This document shows positions 30,122 to 40,409 of a stretch of DNA of 64,000 nucleotides, piece after piece. The notes beneath the pieces were generated by a model that made no database searches, was not told where the DNA came from, and saw only the letters and a program-made list of their open reading frames with translations. Position numbers and translations under genes: made by a program. Origin of the DNA: a bacterium (lineage in GTDB: Bacteria > Cyanobacteriota > Vampirovibrionia > Obscuribacterales > JAKAZS01); assembly GCA_021815785.1 (NCBI GenBank), contig JAKAZS010000004.1:58-64057 (forward strand), in the 5' to 3' direction. Numbering within the stretch: position 1 is the stretch's first letter; each line of letters begins with the position of its first letter.

Positions 30122-31420
30122 TTACATAATACTGTTTAAAGCGGTTTCAATTATTGAAATTGTTTTCTTGATATCACTATCACTATGAGCTAAAGAAATA
30201 AAACAAGCTTCAAATTGTGATGGAGGCCAGAATAAACCAAGCTCTTTGATTTTCTTCCAAAATTGCGTAAATTTCTTCGTATCACATTTCAATGCATCTT
30301 CATAGCTATGTATTTCATTTTTATGGAAAAACAGCGAAAACATCCCAGTCGTGTGATTTATTGTTATCGGATAATTATTAGTCTTGATAATTTCTTTAAT
30401 ACCATTAACCAACTTTTCGGTTTTACCTTTTAATACTTGATACGCATTATCTTGCGTCATAACTTTTAATTGAGCTAATCCAGCAGCCATCGCTAAAGGA
30501 TTACCGGATAAGGTACCAGCTTGATAGACAGAACCAATCGGCGAAAGCATTTCCATAATTTTTTTCTTACCACCATAAGCTCCTACTGGTAAACCACCAC
30601 CAATAATTTTTCCTAAACAGGTTAAATCAGGTTCAATATTATATAATTCCTGGGCGCCACCAAGACTTACCCGAAAACCAGTCATGACTTCATCAAAAAT
30701 CAACAGACATTTATACTCATCAGCTAAAGCCCTTAGTCCTTGTAAAAACTGTATTTCTGGCAGTATTACTCCACTATTACCAATAATTGGTTCAAGAATA
30801 ATACAGGCAATATCATTGCCTTGTTCTTTCATCACTTGAGTAACTGGTTTTAACTCATTAAACGGCAGACTAAAAGTCAATTCAGTTAACACCTGGGGTA
30901 TGCCTTGTGAAGTTGCAATACCAAAAGTAGTAAGCCCCGATCCAGCCTTAACCATTAAACTATCACAATGCCCATGGTAACAGCCTTCAAATTTAATAAT
31001 TTTATTTCGCCCTGTAAAGGCTCTAGCCAATCTTATACTCGACATTGTAGCTTCAGTACCAGAATTAACCATTCTTATCATCTCAATGGATTTGACATTT
31101 TTCACAATAAACTCAGCCATTTCGACTTCAGTTTTGGTACAGGCACCAAAACTGGTACCAAAACGCAAAGACTGTTCTAAAGCTTCTAGTGTTTTTGGAT
31201 GACGATGTCCTAATACATGTGGACCAAACGCACCAACATAATCGAGATAGGGATTACTATCCATATCATAGACATATGCCCCATCAGCTGACTTAAGATA
31301 AATCGGGTCACTGTCAACACTTAAACAAGCTCTTACTGGCGAATTAACACCACCAGGAATAACTTTTTTAGCTCGGGCACATAATATATCATTGTGCGAT
31401 AACGTAAGAGTTTCACTCAT
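30122..31420 (-). CDS. hemL: glutamate-1-semialdehyde 2,1-aminomutase
   Basis: Class III aminotransferase with NSGTEA, IFDEVMTGFR, CLGKIIGGG (PLP lysine) and GTLSGNP. Confidence 0.95.
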   Translation of the reverse strand: MSETLTLSHNDILCARAKKVIPGGVNSPVRACLSVDSDPIYLKSADGAYVYDMDSNPYLDYVGAFGPHVLGHRHPKTLEALEQSLRFGTSFGACTKTEVEMAEFIVKNVKSIEMIRMVNSGTEATMSSIRLARAFTGRNKIIKFEGCYHGHCDSLMVKAGSGLTTFGIATSQGIPQVLTELTFSLPFNELKPVTQVMKEQGNDIACIILEPIIGNSGVILPEIQFLQGLRALADEYKCLLIFDEVMTGFRVSLGGAQELYNIEPDLTCLGKIIGGGLPVGAYGGKKKIMEMLSPIGSVYQAGTLSGNPLAMAAGLAQLKVMTQDNAYQVLKGKTEKLVNGIKEIIKTNNYPITINHTTGMFSLFFHKNEIHSYEDALKCDTKKFTQFWKKIKELGLFWPPSQFEACFISLAHSDSDIKKTISIIETALNSIM

Positions 31421-31500
31421 TTGTTTAATTTACCTACCTTTGTAATGAATCTTTCAACCTATTGCTACTATAGCTTCAGTTTTACTAATTTTGTTGACAG

Positions 31501-31962
31501 TTAACCAGCTGTTTCTTCATTTAATAATCTTTCAATAACCGGCTCAACCATTTTAATTGCTTTTTCTCCAGCTTGAAAATGTCGTAATTTCAATTCTTTA
31601 TCAAATAAATAATAAGCCGGAACATATTTATTGCTAAAAGAATCCGTAATCGTATGCCAATTATCCACAACAACTGGATGCCTCATTTTATAATCATGAA
31701 TTACTTCTTCGACCAATGTAATATTGGTATCACTTTCAGATCTAGGCATATGTACCGATAAGATTTTGAAACCTTGCTTAGCATATATTTCTAGCCAGCG
31801 ATTTAAATCGGGCAAAGATTCCTTACAAGATCCGCAACTTACCGAAAAGAAGTGAACGAGACTTAAACTTCCCTTAAAATATGCATTATCTAAAGCTATC
31901 GAATTATACCAATTTGTACCGCCTTCTAAACTAGGCATGGGACTTGACATGTGCAACGACAT
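31501..31962 (-). CDS. thioredoxin-fold thiol:disulfide oxidoreductase (TlpA/redoxin-like)
   Basis: CxxC motif in FFSVSCGSCKESLP; size and layout fit the redoxin family. Confidence 0.65.
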   Translation of the reverse strand: MSLHMSSPMPSLEGGTNWYNSIALDNAYFKGSLSLVHFFSVSCGSCKESLPDLNRWLEIYAKQGFKILSVHMPRSESDTNITLVEEVIHDYKMRHPVVVDNWHTITDSFSNKYVPAYYLFDKELKLRHFQAGEKAIKMVEPVIERLLNEETAG

Positions 31963-31992
31963 AAAAACTCCTCTAAATTTATACTCTTAATA

Positions 31993-32028
31993 TTTTAAGA
32001 CCGTTAAAGCTAATTAACGGCCTTAAAA
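31993..32028 (-). terminator. stem-loop downstream of the peroxiredoxin gene
   Basis: TTTTAAG-A-CCGTTAA / TTAACGG-C-CTTAAAA: 14 paired positions around one mismatch, with a 6-nt loop. AT-rich flanks but no clean U-tract. Confidence 0.3.
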
Positions 32029-32066
32029 TTTAAAAATTGATTATTGTTAAATTAACTTAAATTAAT

Positions 32067-32606
32067 TTATACAGTAAGTGGTTTTTGACCTGGTTTCCAG
32101 TTGGCTTGGCATAATCCACCAGTTTTAAGTGCTTCAAGAACACGTAAAGTTTCTTCAACCGATCGTCCAATATTTAATGAATGAACGACTTGATATTGAA
32201 GAACACCATCTGGATCAATAATGAATAGGCCTCTTAAGGCAATACCTTTATCTTCCATTAATACACCATAGTCACGACTGACATCTTTAGTAATGTCTGA
32301 AGCCAAAGGATATTTTAATGATCCTAAACCACCTTGGTCTCCTGGGGTATTAATCCACGCACGATGACTATATACACTATCCGTTGATACAGCCAATACT
32401 TCAGCGCCAACTTTCTTCATTTCATCAAGCTTTTCATTAAAAGCTTTTAGTTCAGTTGGGCAAACAAAAGTAAAATCTAAGGGATAGAAAAACATTACAA
32501 GGTATTTTCCTTTGTAATCAGACAATTTAACATTATCTTTTAATGTTTTCATGTCCTTAGTTGATGGCATATCAAAATCTGGGGCTTTTTTTCCGACTTG
32601 TAACAT
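32067..32606 (-). CDS. typical 2-Cys peroxiredoxin (AhpC/Tsa family)
   Basis: Peroxidatic Cys in DFTFVCPTE; resolving Cys in GGLCQANW. Confidence 0.9.
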   Translation of the reverse strand: MLQVGKKAPDFDMPSTKDMKTLKDNVKLSDYKGKYLVMFFYPLDFTFVCPTELKAFNEKLDEMKKVGAEVLAVSTDSVYSHRAWINTPGDQGGLGSLKYPLASDITKDVSRDYGVLMEDKGIALRGLFIIDPDGVLQYQVVHSLNIGRSVEETLRVLEALKTGGLCQANWKPGQKPLTV

Positions 32607-32704
32607 AATTACAATTACTCCTAAATAAATTAACTACAAAATTAATATTAACAACTATTTTTTTAAATCAAAAATCTTTTAATCGAAATTTAATTGTATG
32701 TTGC

Positions 32705-32902
32705 TTAAGTTTTTTCTTTAATCCATTTATTTAATTCTTGATAAAGGCTATGCGTAGCCACATATCTTGTAATTAAAGGGCTTTTAGGTTCCCAGCCAAT
32801 ATTTAACAAATGAATTAAATGTTCAGCAGGACTGGAACTATGTTTCTTTTGCTTTAATTCAGCATCAGTTGATTCGTTACTATTATTATTATTCAAGGCC
32901 AT
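32705..32902 (-). CDS. hypothetical small protein (65 aa)
   Basis: ORF only; Asn-rich N-terminus with no recognised motif. It lies upstream of the peroxiredoxin gene on the same strand. Confidence 0.3.
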   Translation of the reverse strand: MALNNNNSNESTDAELKQKKHSSSPAEHLIHLLNIGWEPKSPLITRYVATHSLYQELNKWIKEKT

Positions 32903-33176
32903 AGGTTAATTTTCTAATTCGGTAATTTAAGGTAAAGTAACGGACTCATACAAGTTAGCGAACTCATAAAACAGTCAGTTTCTAAATTATACATCTTCTT
33001 AATAGAGAGCTTAATCAACAGAATTTAATTACCAACGCTAAAATATAAAAAAAATCTAATTTTGCTAATACATAATATATTTGTTGCATAGTGTTAAAAA
33101 ATTATTTTAATTATAGTCTTTCATTGTAAATTTAAACTATTATAATAGAAAATATAATGTGGCTAGGAGTAAACTT

Positions 33177-33491
33177 GTGATTGCTATTCTTGAAGCCTGC
33201 GGTAGGCAGTATGAAGTAACCGAAGGAAAATTTTTTGATTTTGACTTTATGGAAGAACAGACCATTGGTTCAAAATTTACTTTTGACAAAGTATTAATGG
33301 TTGTCAACGATAAAGACTGTCAATTTGGCACACCTTATTTAACAAATGCCAAAGTAACCGGACAGGTTTTAGCCCATAAATTAGGCGCTAAGATGATTGT
33401 TTACAAGCAAAAGCCTAAAAAAGGCACCCGTAAAAAACAAGGACATCGTCAGCTATTTACCCGTGTCTTAATTGAAAAAATTTCCGTATAA
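33177..33491 (+). CDS. rplU: 50S ribosomal protein L21
   Basis: (M)IAILEACGRQYEV matches the L21 N-terminus. GTG 33177 sits 7 nt after AGGAG at 33165-33169; the track start at 33159 looks like an over-extension. Confidence 0.9.
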   Translation: MIAILEACGRQYEVTEGKFFDFDFMEEQTIGSKFTFDKVLMVVNDKDCQFGTPYLTNAKVTGQVLAHKLGAKMIVYKQKPKKGTRKKQGHRQLFTRVLIEKISV

Positions 33492-33518
33492 AATAAATTT
33501 AAGTAAAAGAGGTTTGTC

Positions 33519-33773
33519 ATGGCACATAAAAAGGGAGCAGGCTCCACAAGAAACGGTAGAGATAGTCAACCCAAAAAACTGGGTGTTAAATGTTATGGTG
33601 GCGAATTAGTCAAAGTTGGCAATGTATTGGTACGTCAACGCGGTACGAAAATTCACCCTGGTAAAAATGTTGATCGAGGCTGCGATGATACTTTATTTTC
33701 CTTAATGGTTGGTAAAGTTGTCTTTGAAATGTCACGCGGACGTAAACTTATCAGTGTATACCCCGTAAATTAA
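33519..33773 (+). CDS. rpmA: 50S ribosomal protein L27
   Basis: [24 protein letters not shown] is the canonical L27 N-terminus. Confidence 0.95.
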   Translation: MAHKKGAGSTRNGRDSQPKKLGVKCYGGELVKVGNVLVRQRGTKIHPGKNVDRGCDDTLFSLMVGKVVFEMSRGRKLISVYPVN

Positions 33774-33787
33774 TTTTTTAAGATTAC

Positions 33788-35353
33788 GTGAATAAGACTG
33801 ATGATAACATTATTATTGAGTTTAAGGCTTTAAACTACTATATTGACAAGTTTAAAGAAAATAATTTAAGTTGTAAATTAATAGGTGGTGTTAACGATCT
33901 GGCTAAAGGCCAAGTACTAGGTCTAGCCTATGATTCACGTAGTGTCAAACCTGGTTATGTTTTTTTTGGTTTAATTGGTCAAAATCAGGATGGTAATAAA
34001 TATATTGACCAAGCCATTATTAATGGGGCAAGTTGTGTCATCTCCGAAATTCCGCCAAATAAACAATATGATTTGCCTTATCTAGTTGTTGACAATATTC
34101 GCTTAGTACTGGCCTTGTTTAGCCATGAATTTTATGGAAAACCTGGTGACAGTTTAAATTTAATCGGTATCACTGGTACTAATGGCAAAACTACAACTAC
34201 TCATTTATTAGAGAACTTAGTTAGTAATTTTGGCATAATTGGTACTTTAGGTGCTCGCTTTCGCCAAAGCGATATCGATAATGACAATTACCAAGTATTG
34301 AATTTTACGACACCTTTTCCTCCCGAATTACACCAAGTCTTAAACATTCAAAGAGCTAATGATATAAAAACTGTGGCCATGGAAGTTTCAAGTCATGCTT
34401 TAAGCCTTGATCGCGTAGCTTACCTTGATTTTAATATAGCCTGTTTAACCAATATTACTCAGGACCATTTAGATTTTCATAAAACCATGGAAAACTATGT
34501 GAATGCAAAGTTTAAACTGTTTGAAAATTTAATTAATAGCCCCAAAAAAAATAAATTTGCCATCCTAAATAAGGACTCAATTTATGGCCATGAATTTGAA
34601 TCAAGGCTTCAAACTCTAAATCCCCATAATCATGATGTTACTATATTGACCTATGGCTTTAATCAAGAGAGCTCTTTATTTGTTAAAAACTATACTAATT
34701 CTTTTGACTCTACCACCATTCACTTAAATGGCATATTAGGTGAATTCAGTCTAACGATTCCTGTCATTGGTGTGTTTAATATCTATAATGTCTTGGCGAC
34801 TATACTTATTGCTTACGCTTTAGGAATAGACAAAAATTTGATTATTGACCAGCTCAAAAATTTTAAAGGTGTACCAGGGAGGTTTGAACGGGTCAGTTCT
34901 GGTAATGAGCCTTTATGTATTGTCGATTATGCACATACGCCTGACGGCTTAGCTAATGTATTAAAAGCCAGCCGTGAATTAACGCCAAAATCAGGCAAAC
35001 TCATTGTGGTTTTTGGCTGTGGCGGGGACCGCGATAGTTCTAAACGACCACAAATGGGTGCTATTGCCGAAGAATTAGCCGATAGTATTATTATAACTTC
35101 AGACAATCCCCGCAGTGAAGATCCTGAACAAATTATTGCTGATATTTTATCCGGTATAAAAAAATTAAAAACCATACACGTGGAAAAGGACCGTAGTTGC
35201 GCGATAAAACTAGCCATCAGTCAAGCTAATGCTAATGATGTGATTGTTATTGCTGGCAAAGGTCATGAAAACTATCAGATAATTGGCAATGAAACTAGAT
35301 TTTTTGACGATCGCAAAGAAGCTAGAGAAAATTTAAGACTTAAAACTAGTTAG
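33788..35353 (+). CDS. murE: UDP-N-acetylmuramoyl-L-alanyl-D-glutamate--2,6-diaminopimelate ligase
   Basis: P-loop GITGTNGKTTT and Mur ligase middle and C-terminal domains. The DNPR motif (ITSDNPRSEDP) is typical of meso-DAP-adding enzymes. GTG start. Confidence 0.9.
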   Translation: MNKTDDNIIIEFKALNYYIDKFKENNLSCKLIGGVNDLAKGQVLGLAYDSRSVKPGYVFFGLIGQNQDGNKYIDQAIINGASCVISEIPPNKQYDLPYLVVDNIRLVLALFSHEFYGKPGDSLNLIGITGTNGKTTTTHLLENLVSNFGIIGTLGARFRQSDIDNDNYQVLNFTTPFPPELHQVLNIQRANDIKTVAMEVSSHALSLDRVAYLDFNIACLTNITQDHLDFHKTMENYVNAKFKLFENLINSPKKNKFAILNKDSIYGHEFESRLQTLNPHNHDVTILTYGFNQESSLFVKNYTNSFDSTTIHLNGILGEFSLTIPVIGVFNIYNVLATILIAYALGIDKNLIIDQLKNFKGVPGRFERVSSGNEPLCIVDYAHTPDGLANVLKASRELTPKSGKLIVVFGCGGDRDSSKRPQMGAIAEELADSIIITSDNPRSEDPEQIIADILSGIKKLKTIHVEKDRSCAIKLAISQANANDVIVIAGKGHENYQIIGNETRFFDDRKEARENLRLKTS

Positions 35354-35373
35354 TATTTTTTTGCTATTGACAA

Positions 35374-35381
35374 TGTATAAT
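35374..35381 (+). promoter_or_regulatory. possible extended -10 promoter element (TGTATAAT)
   Basis: TG-n-TATAAT lies 24 nt upstream of the 35406 ATG, with a GGGAG ribosome-binding site in between. There is no good -35 at 17-nt spacing. Confidence 0.3.
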
Positions 35382-35405
35382 TTAATAAGTTATCGGGAGT
35401 ATTAA

Positions 35406-36251
35406 ATGGGCATTAGTTTTAGCATTTCATCTGTTCGTGAAGGAACGGTATTTAATGTAATGCAATTCTTGAGTCTCGAACGGGTAACCGGTGTATTGAA
35501 ATTTTCCTTTGGTAACAACATTCCCGAGGCGATAGTTTACCTTGATAATGGCAATTTACTAGCAGCTGAATTTGGTTCAATTTTTGGTAATTCCGTTTTA
35601 GATGTTTTGCTTTGTCAAGAATATGCTGTAAAAGAGATTATCTTTACCCCAGAACGCTTATCCAATCTTAACATTAAAGCAAAACTAGATAAGGCAGATA
35701 AATTAGACGCCGTCATTTTAAATGTATCCAAAGATGTTGATATGTGCAAATGCCGGCATTTGATTTATGGAGCCCTTACTACCAAAATTCCCAGTGAAGA
35801 AGTTAATAAGCCGTTATTATCAATAATGTATAGTTTTGATAATTGCGCAGCTTTATGCAAACTTCAGGAAAATCCCAACTATGCTAAACAGGCACCGTTA
35901 CCCCAATGTACTTTAATTCATCAAGCCTTAACCCAAAGTCTTATCGCCTATGAACAACATCTTGTGCCAATTAAATCGTTTAAAATTCTTTTAGAAATCT
36001 TAAATCCTTTAACTGAAAAAGAATTAAATAGTTTACGTGGTTATATGAAAAGTTTATTACCTCATCCTAAAGCTACCAACATGTCATTAGAAAGATTTTA
36101 TGCTTTTGCTTCAGCCATAGAATCACTAGCCCAACGCAAATCTCCTGAAATCGGCTCTAGGGCGAGAAAAGCCATTCATGAACTCGTCAATATAATTAAG
36201 TCTAAAGATGTAGCAAAAGTAAAAGAATCTCTTAGCAACCAGAAGAATTAA
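35406..36251 (+). CDS. DUF4388 (PATAN-like) domain protein
   Basis: N-terminal FNVMQFLSLERVTGVLKF....VYLDNGNLLAAEFG...G..VLDVLL pattern; the C-terminal half is unrecognised. Confidence 0.5.
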   Translation: MGISFSISSVREGTVFNVMQFLSLERVTGVLKFSFGNNIPEAIVYLDNGNLLAAEFGSIFGNSVLDVLLCQEYAVKEIIFTPERLSNLNIKAKLDKADKLDAVILNVSKDVDMCKCRHLIYGALTTKIPSEEVNKPLLSIMYSFDNCAALCKLQENPNYAKQAPLPQCTLIHQALTQSLIAYEQHLVPIKSFKILLEILNPLTEKELNSLRGYMKSLLPHPKATNMSLERFYAFASAIESLAQRKSPEIGSRARKAIHELVNIIKSKDVAKVKESLSNQKN

Positions 36252-36324
36252 TGTTATAATAATTTTTGTTGTTAAATTTGAGCTAACAATAAAAACGTTA
36301 ATAATTAGGACGGGTTAATATCTT

Positions 36325-37779
36325 ATGCAAAAAATCGCATTAATTGGCTTAGGCGCTTCAGGTTTATTTGCTTTAAAAGAATTGGGCAATATTGAAGCTG
36401 AAATTCATATTTTTGATGTCGGCCCCAGTTACGAAAAACGCTATGCCTGCCCTATTGATCAAGGTAAATTAACGGTCTGTCCACCTAAAGCTTGTAGTTA
36501 TTGTGCGCCCGGTCAATCAGCTGGCAGTTGGAATGATTTTAAAGTTATTTTATCAGCTTCACCAGTTATAGGAGGCCGATTATATGATCTAATTGGCGAA
36601 CAAGAATTACAAACCCGCTTAAATAAAGTCAGACAAACCATATTAACGCACGCTCCAGTCGAAATTCCCATAGTCAAACCAGATGCTACCGACTTAGAAT
36701 GGATAAAACGCAAGGCTACCCTGGCTAACATGACATACCATTATCAAGAATTATTGCATTGCGGCTCGGATAATGCGCCGGCTATTAACACTTCAATACT
36801 GGATGAAATAAAAGCAAATAGCTCAAACCTGGTTTTTCATTTTGATAGCAAAGTACTAAACCTTAACGTAAAACCCGACAAATTTGAAGTGACTTTTGAT
36901 CGTTACAAAAAACCCGGTGAACCCAATATGCTAAGCTTTGATTACTGTATAGTATCGGTTGGCCGAGGCGGATCCCATTGGCTAACCCAACAGGACTTTT
37001 ATAAAAATTTAGATATTTATCCTGGTCAGGTAGATATTGGTCTAAGAGTTGAAACCAGTTGTTATTTTACCGAAGAAGTTGACCGCCGTTTTTATGAACC
37101 CAAGTTATACTACCGTTCTCAACATGCTAACGATATTGTCCGCAATTTCTGCTCGAACCCGAAGGGATTCGTCACTCCGGAAAATCATCGTGATTATGTC
37201 CTCGTTAATGGCCATTCTAAAATGTATGAAAAATCGGAAAATAATAATTTTGCGGTTTTAGTTTCCAAAACCTTTACCCGCCCATTTAAAAATCCTCAGC
37301 TTTATTCACAAACCATTGCTAAATTAGTAAATATGCTGGCTGGTGGTGGACCGTTAGTACAAAGACTTGGTGACTTACGAGCCGGTAGACGCACCAAAAC
37401 CTTAAGCAACAATTTAATCCAGCCATCACTTGAAGCTGAATGTGGCGATATTGCGTTAGCTTTTCCCCATCGCATCTTAGCCTCAATCATTGAATATTTA
37501 GACGCACTAGACAAAATCTGTCCAGGTGTAGCTTCTGATGCCACATTGCTTTATGCACCAGAATGCAAAAGTTATCCAGATTCAATTACCGTAAGTAAAA
37601 ATATGGAAACCACTATTCCTAACCTTTACATTATTGGTGATTCTAGCTCCTGGACTCGTGGGGTTGGTCAGGCGGCAACAAGTGGTATTCTGGCCGGTGA
37701 AGGAATTAAACAAAAAATAGCCGTAAAGCCAAATTTGATACCAGTATCGATCCACCCCAAATCCCAACATCTAGCCTAA
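36325..37779 (+). CDS. FAD-dependent oxidoreductase (COG2509-like)
   Basis: N-terminal dinucleotide fold IALIGLGASGLFA and a C-terminal GDSSSW.RGVGQA FAD-binding-like motif. Confidence 0.6.
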   Translation: MQKIALIGLGASGLFALKELGNIEAEIHIFDVGPSYEKRYACPIDQGKLTVCPPKACSYCAPGQSAGSWNDFKVILSASPVIGGRLYDLIGEQELQTRLNKVRQTILTHAPVEIPIVKPDATDLEWIKRKATLANMTYHYQELLHCGSDNAPAINTSILDEIKANSSNLVFHFDSKVLNLNVKPDKFEVTFDRYKKPGEPNMLSFDYCIVSVGRGGSHWLTQQDFYKNLDIYPGQVDIGLRVETSCYFTEEVDRRFYEPKLYYRSQHANDIVRNFCSNPKGFVTPENHRDYVLVNGHSKMYEKSENNNFAVLVSKTFTRPFKNPQLYSQTIAKLVNMLAGGGPLVQRLGDLRAGRRTKTLSNNLIQPSLEAECGDIALAFPHRILASIIEYLDALDKICPGVASDATLLYAPECKSYPDSITVSKNMETTIPNLYIIGDSSSWTRGVGQAATSGILAGEGIKQKIAVKPNLIPVSIHPKSQHLA

Positions 37780-37955
37780 TGAAACCTAATTCTAGTGATA
37801 ACGATTTTATCTAATATGCTAAATATAGCTAAGCCAACCATATTCAACCATGAACGGTTGTCAATTAAGTCAAAAATCATCACGTCAAATACCCTTTAAC
37901 AACCGTTATAAGTTAATGCTCATAAATACTATCAGTTAAAAGTTTAATTAAATTC

Positions 37956-38696
37956 ATGCCCGAAAATTTTAAAGATTATTTTTCTCATGATTCACAAAAC
38001 TATTTAAAATATCGTCCTCAATATCCGATTCAACTTTTTGACTATCTTAATAGCCTTACTCAACATCATAATTTAGCTTACGATTTTGGATGTGGCAATG
38101 GGCAAGCTAGTATCACCTTGGCTAAATATTACCAAGAAGTTATTGGCATTGATGGCAGTTCCAATCAGATTGCCAATGCAATTAGCCATCCCCAGGTAAA
38201 ATACAAAATTGCCTTAGCTCACAATTCTGGTCTAAAAAGTAAAAGCAGTGATCTAATTACGGTAGTAAATGCCTTACACTGGTTTCAAATTGATTTATTT
38301 TTTACGGAAGTTAAACGATTACTAAAAGATAATGGTGTCATAGCAATTTGGTGTTACAATTTGTTTACGGTAAATGCGAAAATCGATCATATTTTCGAGG
38401 TATTTTTTAACTTGCTTGAACCCTACTGGCCAACCGAAAGAGAATTAGTCAATCAAAAATATCAAACCATTACATTTCCCTTTAATGAATTAGTTACCCC
38501 AAAATTTGTAATTGCCGAAAATTGGACTTTAGATCAAATTATTGGATACATTAAAACCTGGTCGGCTTATAACAATTATGTACAAAAACACAATACCTGT
38601 CCACTTAGCAATATAATAACTAAACTCAATGACGCATGGGGGAATAAAAGCAATATAGTTAACTTTGCCATAAATTTAAGAGTTGGCCGAAACTAA
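37956..38696 (+). CDS. class I SAM-dependent methyltransferase
   Basis: Motif I AYDFGCGNGQ and post-I VIGIDGS; Methyltransf_11-like size. Confidence 0.75.
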   Translation: MPENFKDYFSHDSQNYLKYRPQYPIQLFDYLNSLTQHHNLAYDFGCGNGQASITLAKYYQEVIGIDGSSNQIANAISHPQVKYKIALAHNSGLKSKSSDLITVVNALHWFQIDLFFTEVKRLLKDNGVIAIWCYNLFTVNAKIDHIFEVFFNLLEPYWPTERELVNQKYQTITFPFNELVTPKFVIAENWTLDQIIGYIKTWSAYNNYVQKHNTCPLSNIITKLNDAWGNKSNIVNFAINLRVGRN

Positions 38697-38792
38697 AATT
38701 TGTTTATTTTAGAAAAACCAGCTAAAATAACAAGTAAAAAAATCAGATAACTATAGCTATATCTGGTTAAAAATTTTATAAAGGAAGAAATA

Positions 38793-40076
38793 GTGTTAAT
38801 CAAAAATGGCCTTGTCCTGAATCCAACTGCCAGCAATACTCTTGAAGACATCCTTGATTTGCGTATTGAAAATAACCGAATTACCCAAATAAGCACAAAC
38901 CTTAAACCGGATTCACATGAAACAATTATTGACGCCACGAATCTCTGGGTTTGCCCTGGATTTATTGATATCCACTGTCATTTACGGGACTTAAAACAAA
39001 ACGTAAGCGAAGACATTTTAAGTGGAACTACTGCTGCTGCCTCTGGTGGCTATACGACAGTTGTATCCATGGCTAATACCAGTCCACCGATTGATAATAT
39101 TCTAGCTTTAAAGGACTATAAAAAATTAATTGCCGAAAATGCCTTAATTGAAGTTTTACCTCTAGCCAGTCTAACAAAAAATCTTGAAAGTAATGAATTA
39201 GTCGAAATTTATAATCTGGCGCAAAATGATGTTATTGGTTTTTCTGATGATGGTAACCCCTTTACCAATAAAGGTTTACTATACAAAGCCTTATTACTAA
39301 CCAAAAATTTAAATAAACTAATAATTTCTCATCCTGAAGATAAAAACATTAGCTCTAATGGTGTAATGAATCAGGGTGCTAAATCTTTTAATCTTGGTTT
39401 GGCAGGAATTCCTCAATGTTCAGAATCTTCATGTATTGCCAGTGAAATTGAACTGGTTCGCGAAACAGATAGTTGCATTCATTTTTCCCATGTATCCCTA
39501 GCTGCCTCGATCAAATTAATTCACCAAGCTAAAAGTGATGGTTTAAAGGTGACTTGTGATGTAACACCACATCATTTAGCTTTAAGTGAAGATAATATTA
39601 CCAATTATAATACCAGTTTTAAAATGAACCCTCCGCTACGCAATTCATTTGATCAAATGGCGATTATTAAGGGAATCGAAACAGGTATAGTTGACGCGAT
39701 TGGCACTGATCACGCTCCTCATAGTTCATCATTAAAATGTTGTACTTTTAGTGATGCTGCTTTTGGGGTAACTGGACTTGAAACAGCCTTTAGCCTTGTT
39801 TATGAAAAAATGTATTTAAGTAATTTAATTTCCAAATTACGATTAATATCTTTATTTACGAGTGCTCCAGCTAAGATTTTAAATATTGATAGTGGTAATT
39901 TAAGTATAGGCAAACTAGCTAACTTGACGCTTATTGACCCTAATCAAAACTGGGATTTAAATAAGTATAAAACCCATTCCAAAAGTAAAAATTCCCCATT
40001 TTACAACTTAGAACTTAAAGGAAAAGTTATGCAGACAATCTTTCAAGGTAATTGCGTATACCAATTAACCATTTAA
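38793..40076 (+). CDS. pyrC: dihydroorotase
   Basis: HxH metal site DIHCHLRD, later GTDHAPH, and amidohydrolase layout. GTG start with an AGGAAG ribosome-binding site upstream. Confidence 0.85.
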   Translation: MLIKNGLVLNPTASNTLEDILDLRIENNRITQISTNLKPDSHETIIDATNLWVCPGFIDIHCHLRDLKQNVSEDILSGTTAAASGGYTTVVSMANTSPPIDNILALKDYKKLIAENALIEVLPLASLTKNLESNELVEIYNLAQNDVIGFSDDGNPFTNKGLLYKALLLTKNLNKLIISHPEDKNISSNGVMNQGAKSFNLGLAGIPQCSESSCIASEIELVRETDSCIHFSHVSLAASIKLIHQAKSDGLKVTCDVTPHHLALSEDNITNYNTSFKMNPPLRNSFDQMAIIKGIETGIVDAIGTDHAPHSSSLKCCTFSDAAFGVTGLETAFSLVYEKMYLSNLISKLRLISLFTSAPAKILNIDSGNLSIGKLANLTLIDPNQNWDLNKYKTHSKSKNSPFYNLELKGKVMQTIFQGNCVYQLTI

Positions 40077-40409
40077 AGCGTTTATTTATAAACATTTTTA
40101 ATATAGACAAACTTAAATCTTTAAAGTTCATTTGAATGACTTTTTTAATGTCATACAACCCTCTGTCTAAGCTAGATTATCCAATTAAATAAAATTATGA
40201 CATCAGCATTTAGAAAAAAACACCGTTTTATCCTAAAATTTAGCTTAGTTTTTCAGCGTCAACTATCTAGTAAAAACTTGTCGCATCTTTTATGACAATC
40301 TCAGATTAACAAATTATAATCCAGAGTCGCTAAACTCAAAAACTGTAATATTCAAAATACAAAATTCAACCTCAATTGTTTCACAATAATTGCAAAAGTT
40401 TCTAAAAAA

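Noticed and set aside
35367-35381. TTGACA followed by TATAAT upstream of the 35406 gene
   Set aside because: The two hexamers are only 3 nt apart, so they cannot act as a -35/-10 pair. Only the extended -10 reading (TGTATAAT) was kept, at low confidence.
38693-38938. 81-aa minus-strand ORF spanning the methyltransferase 3' end and the pyrC 5' end
   Set aside because: It overlaps two well-supported plus-strand genes and has no recognisable features.
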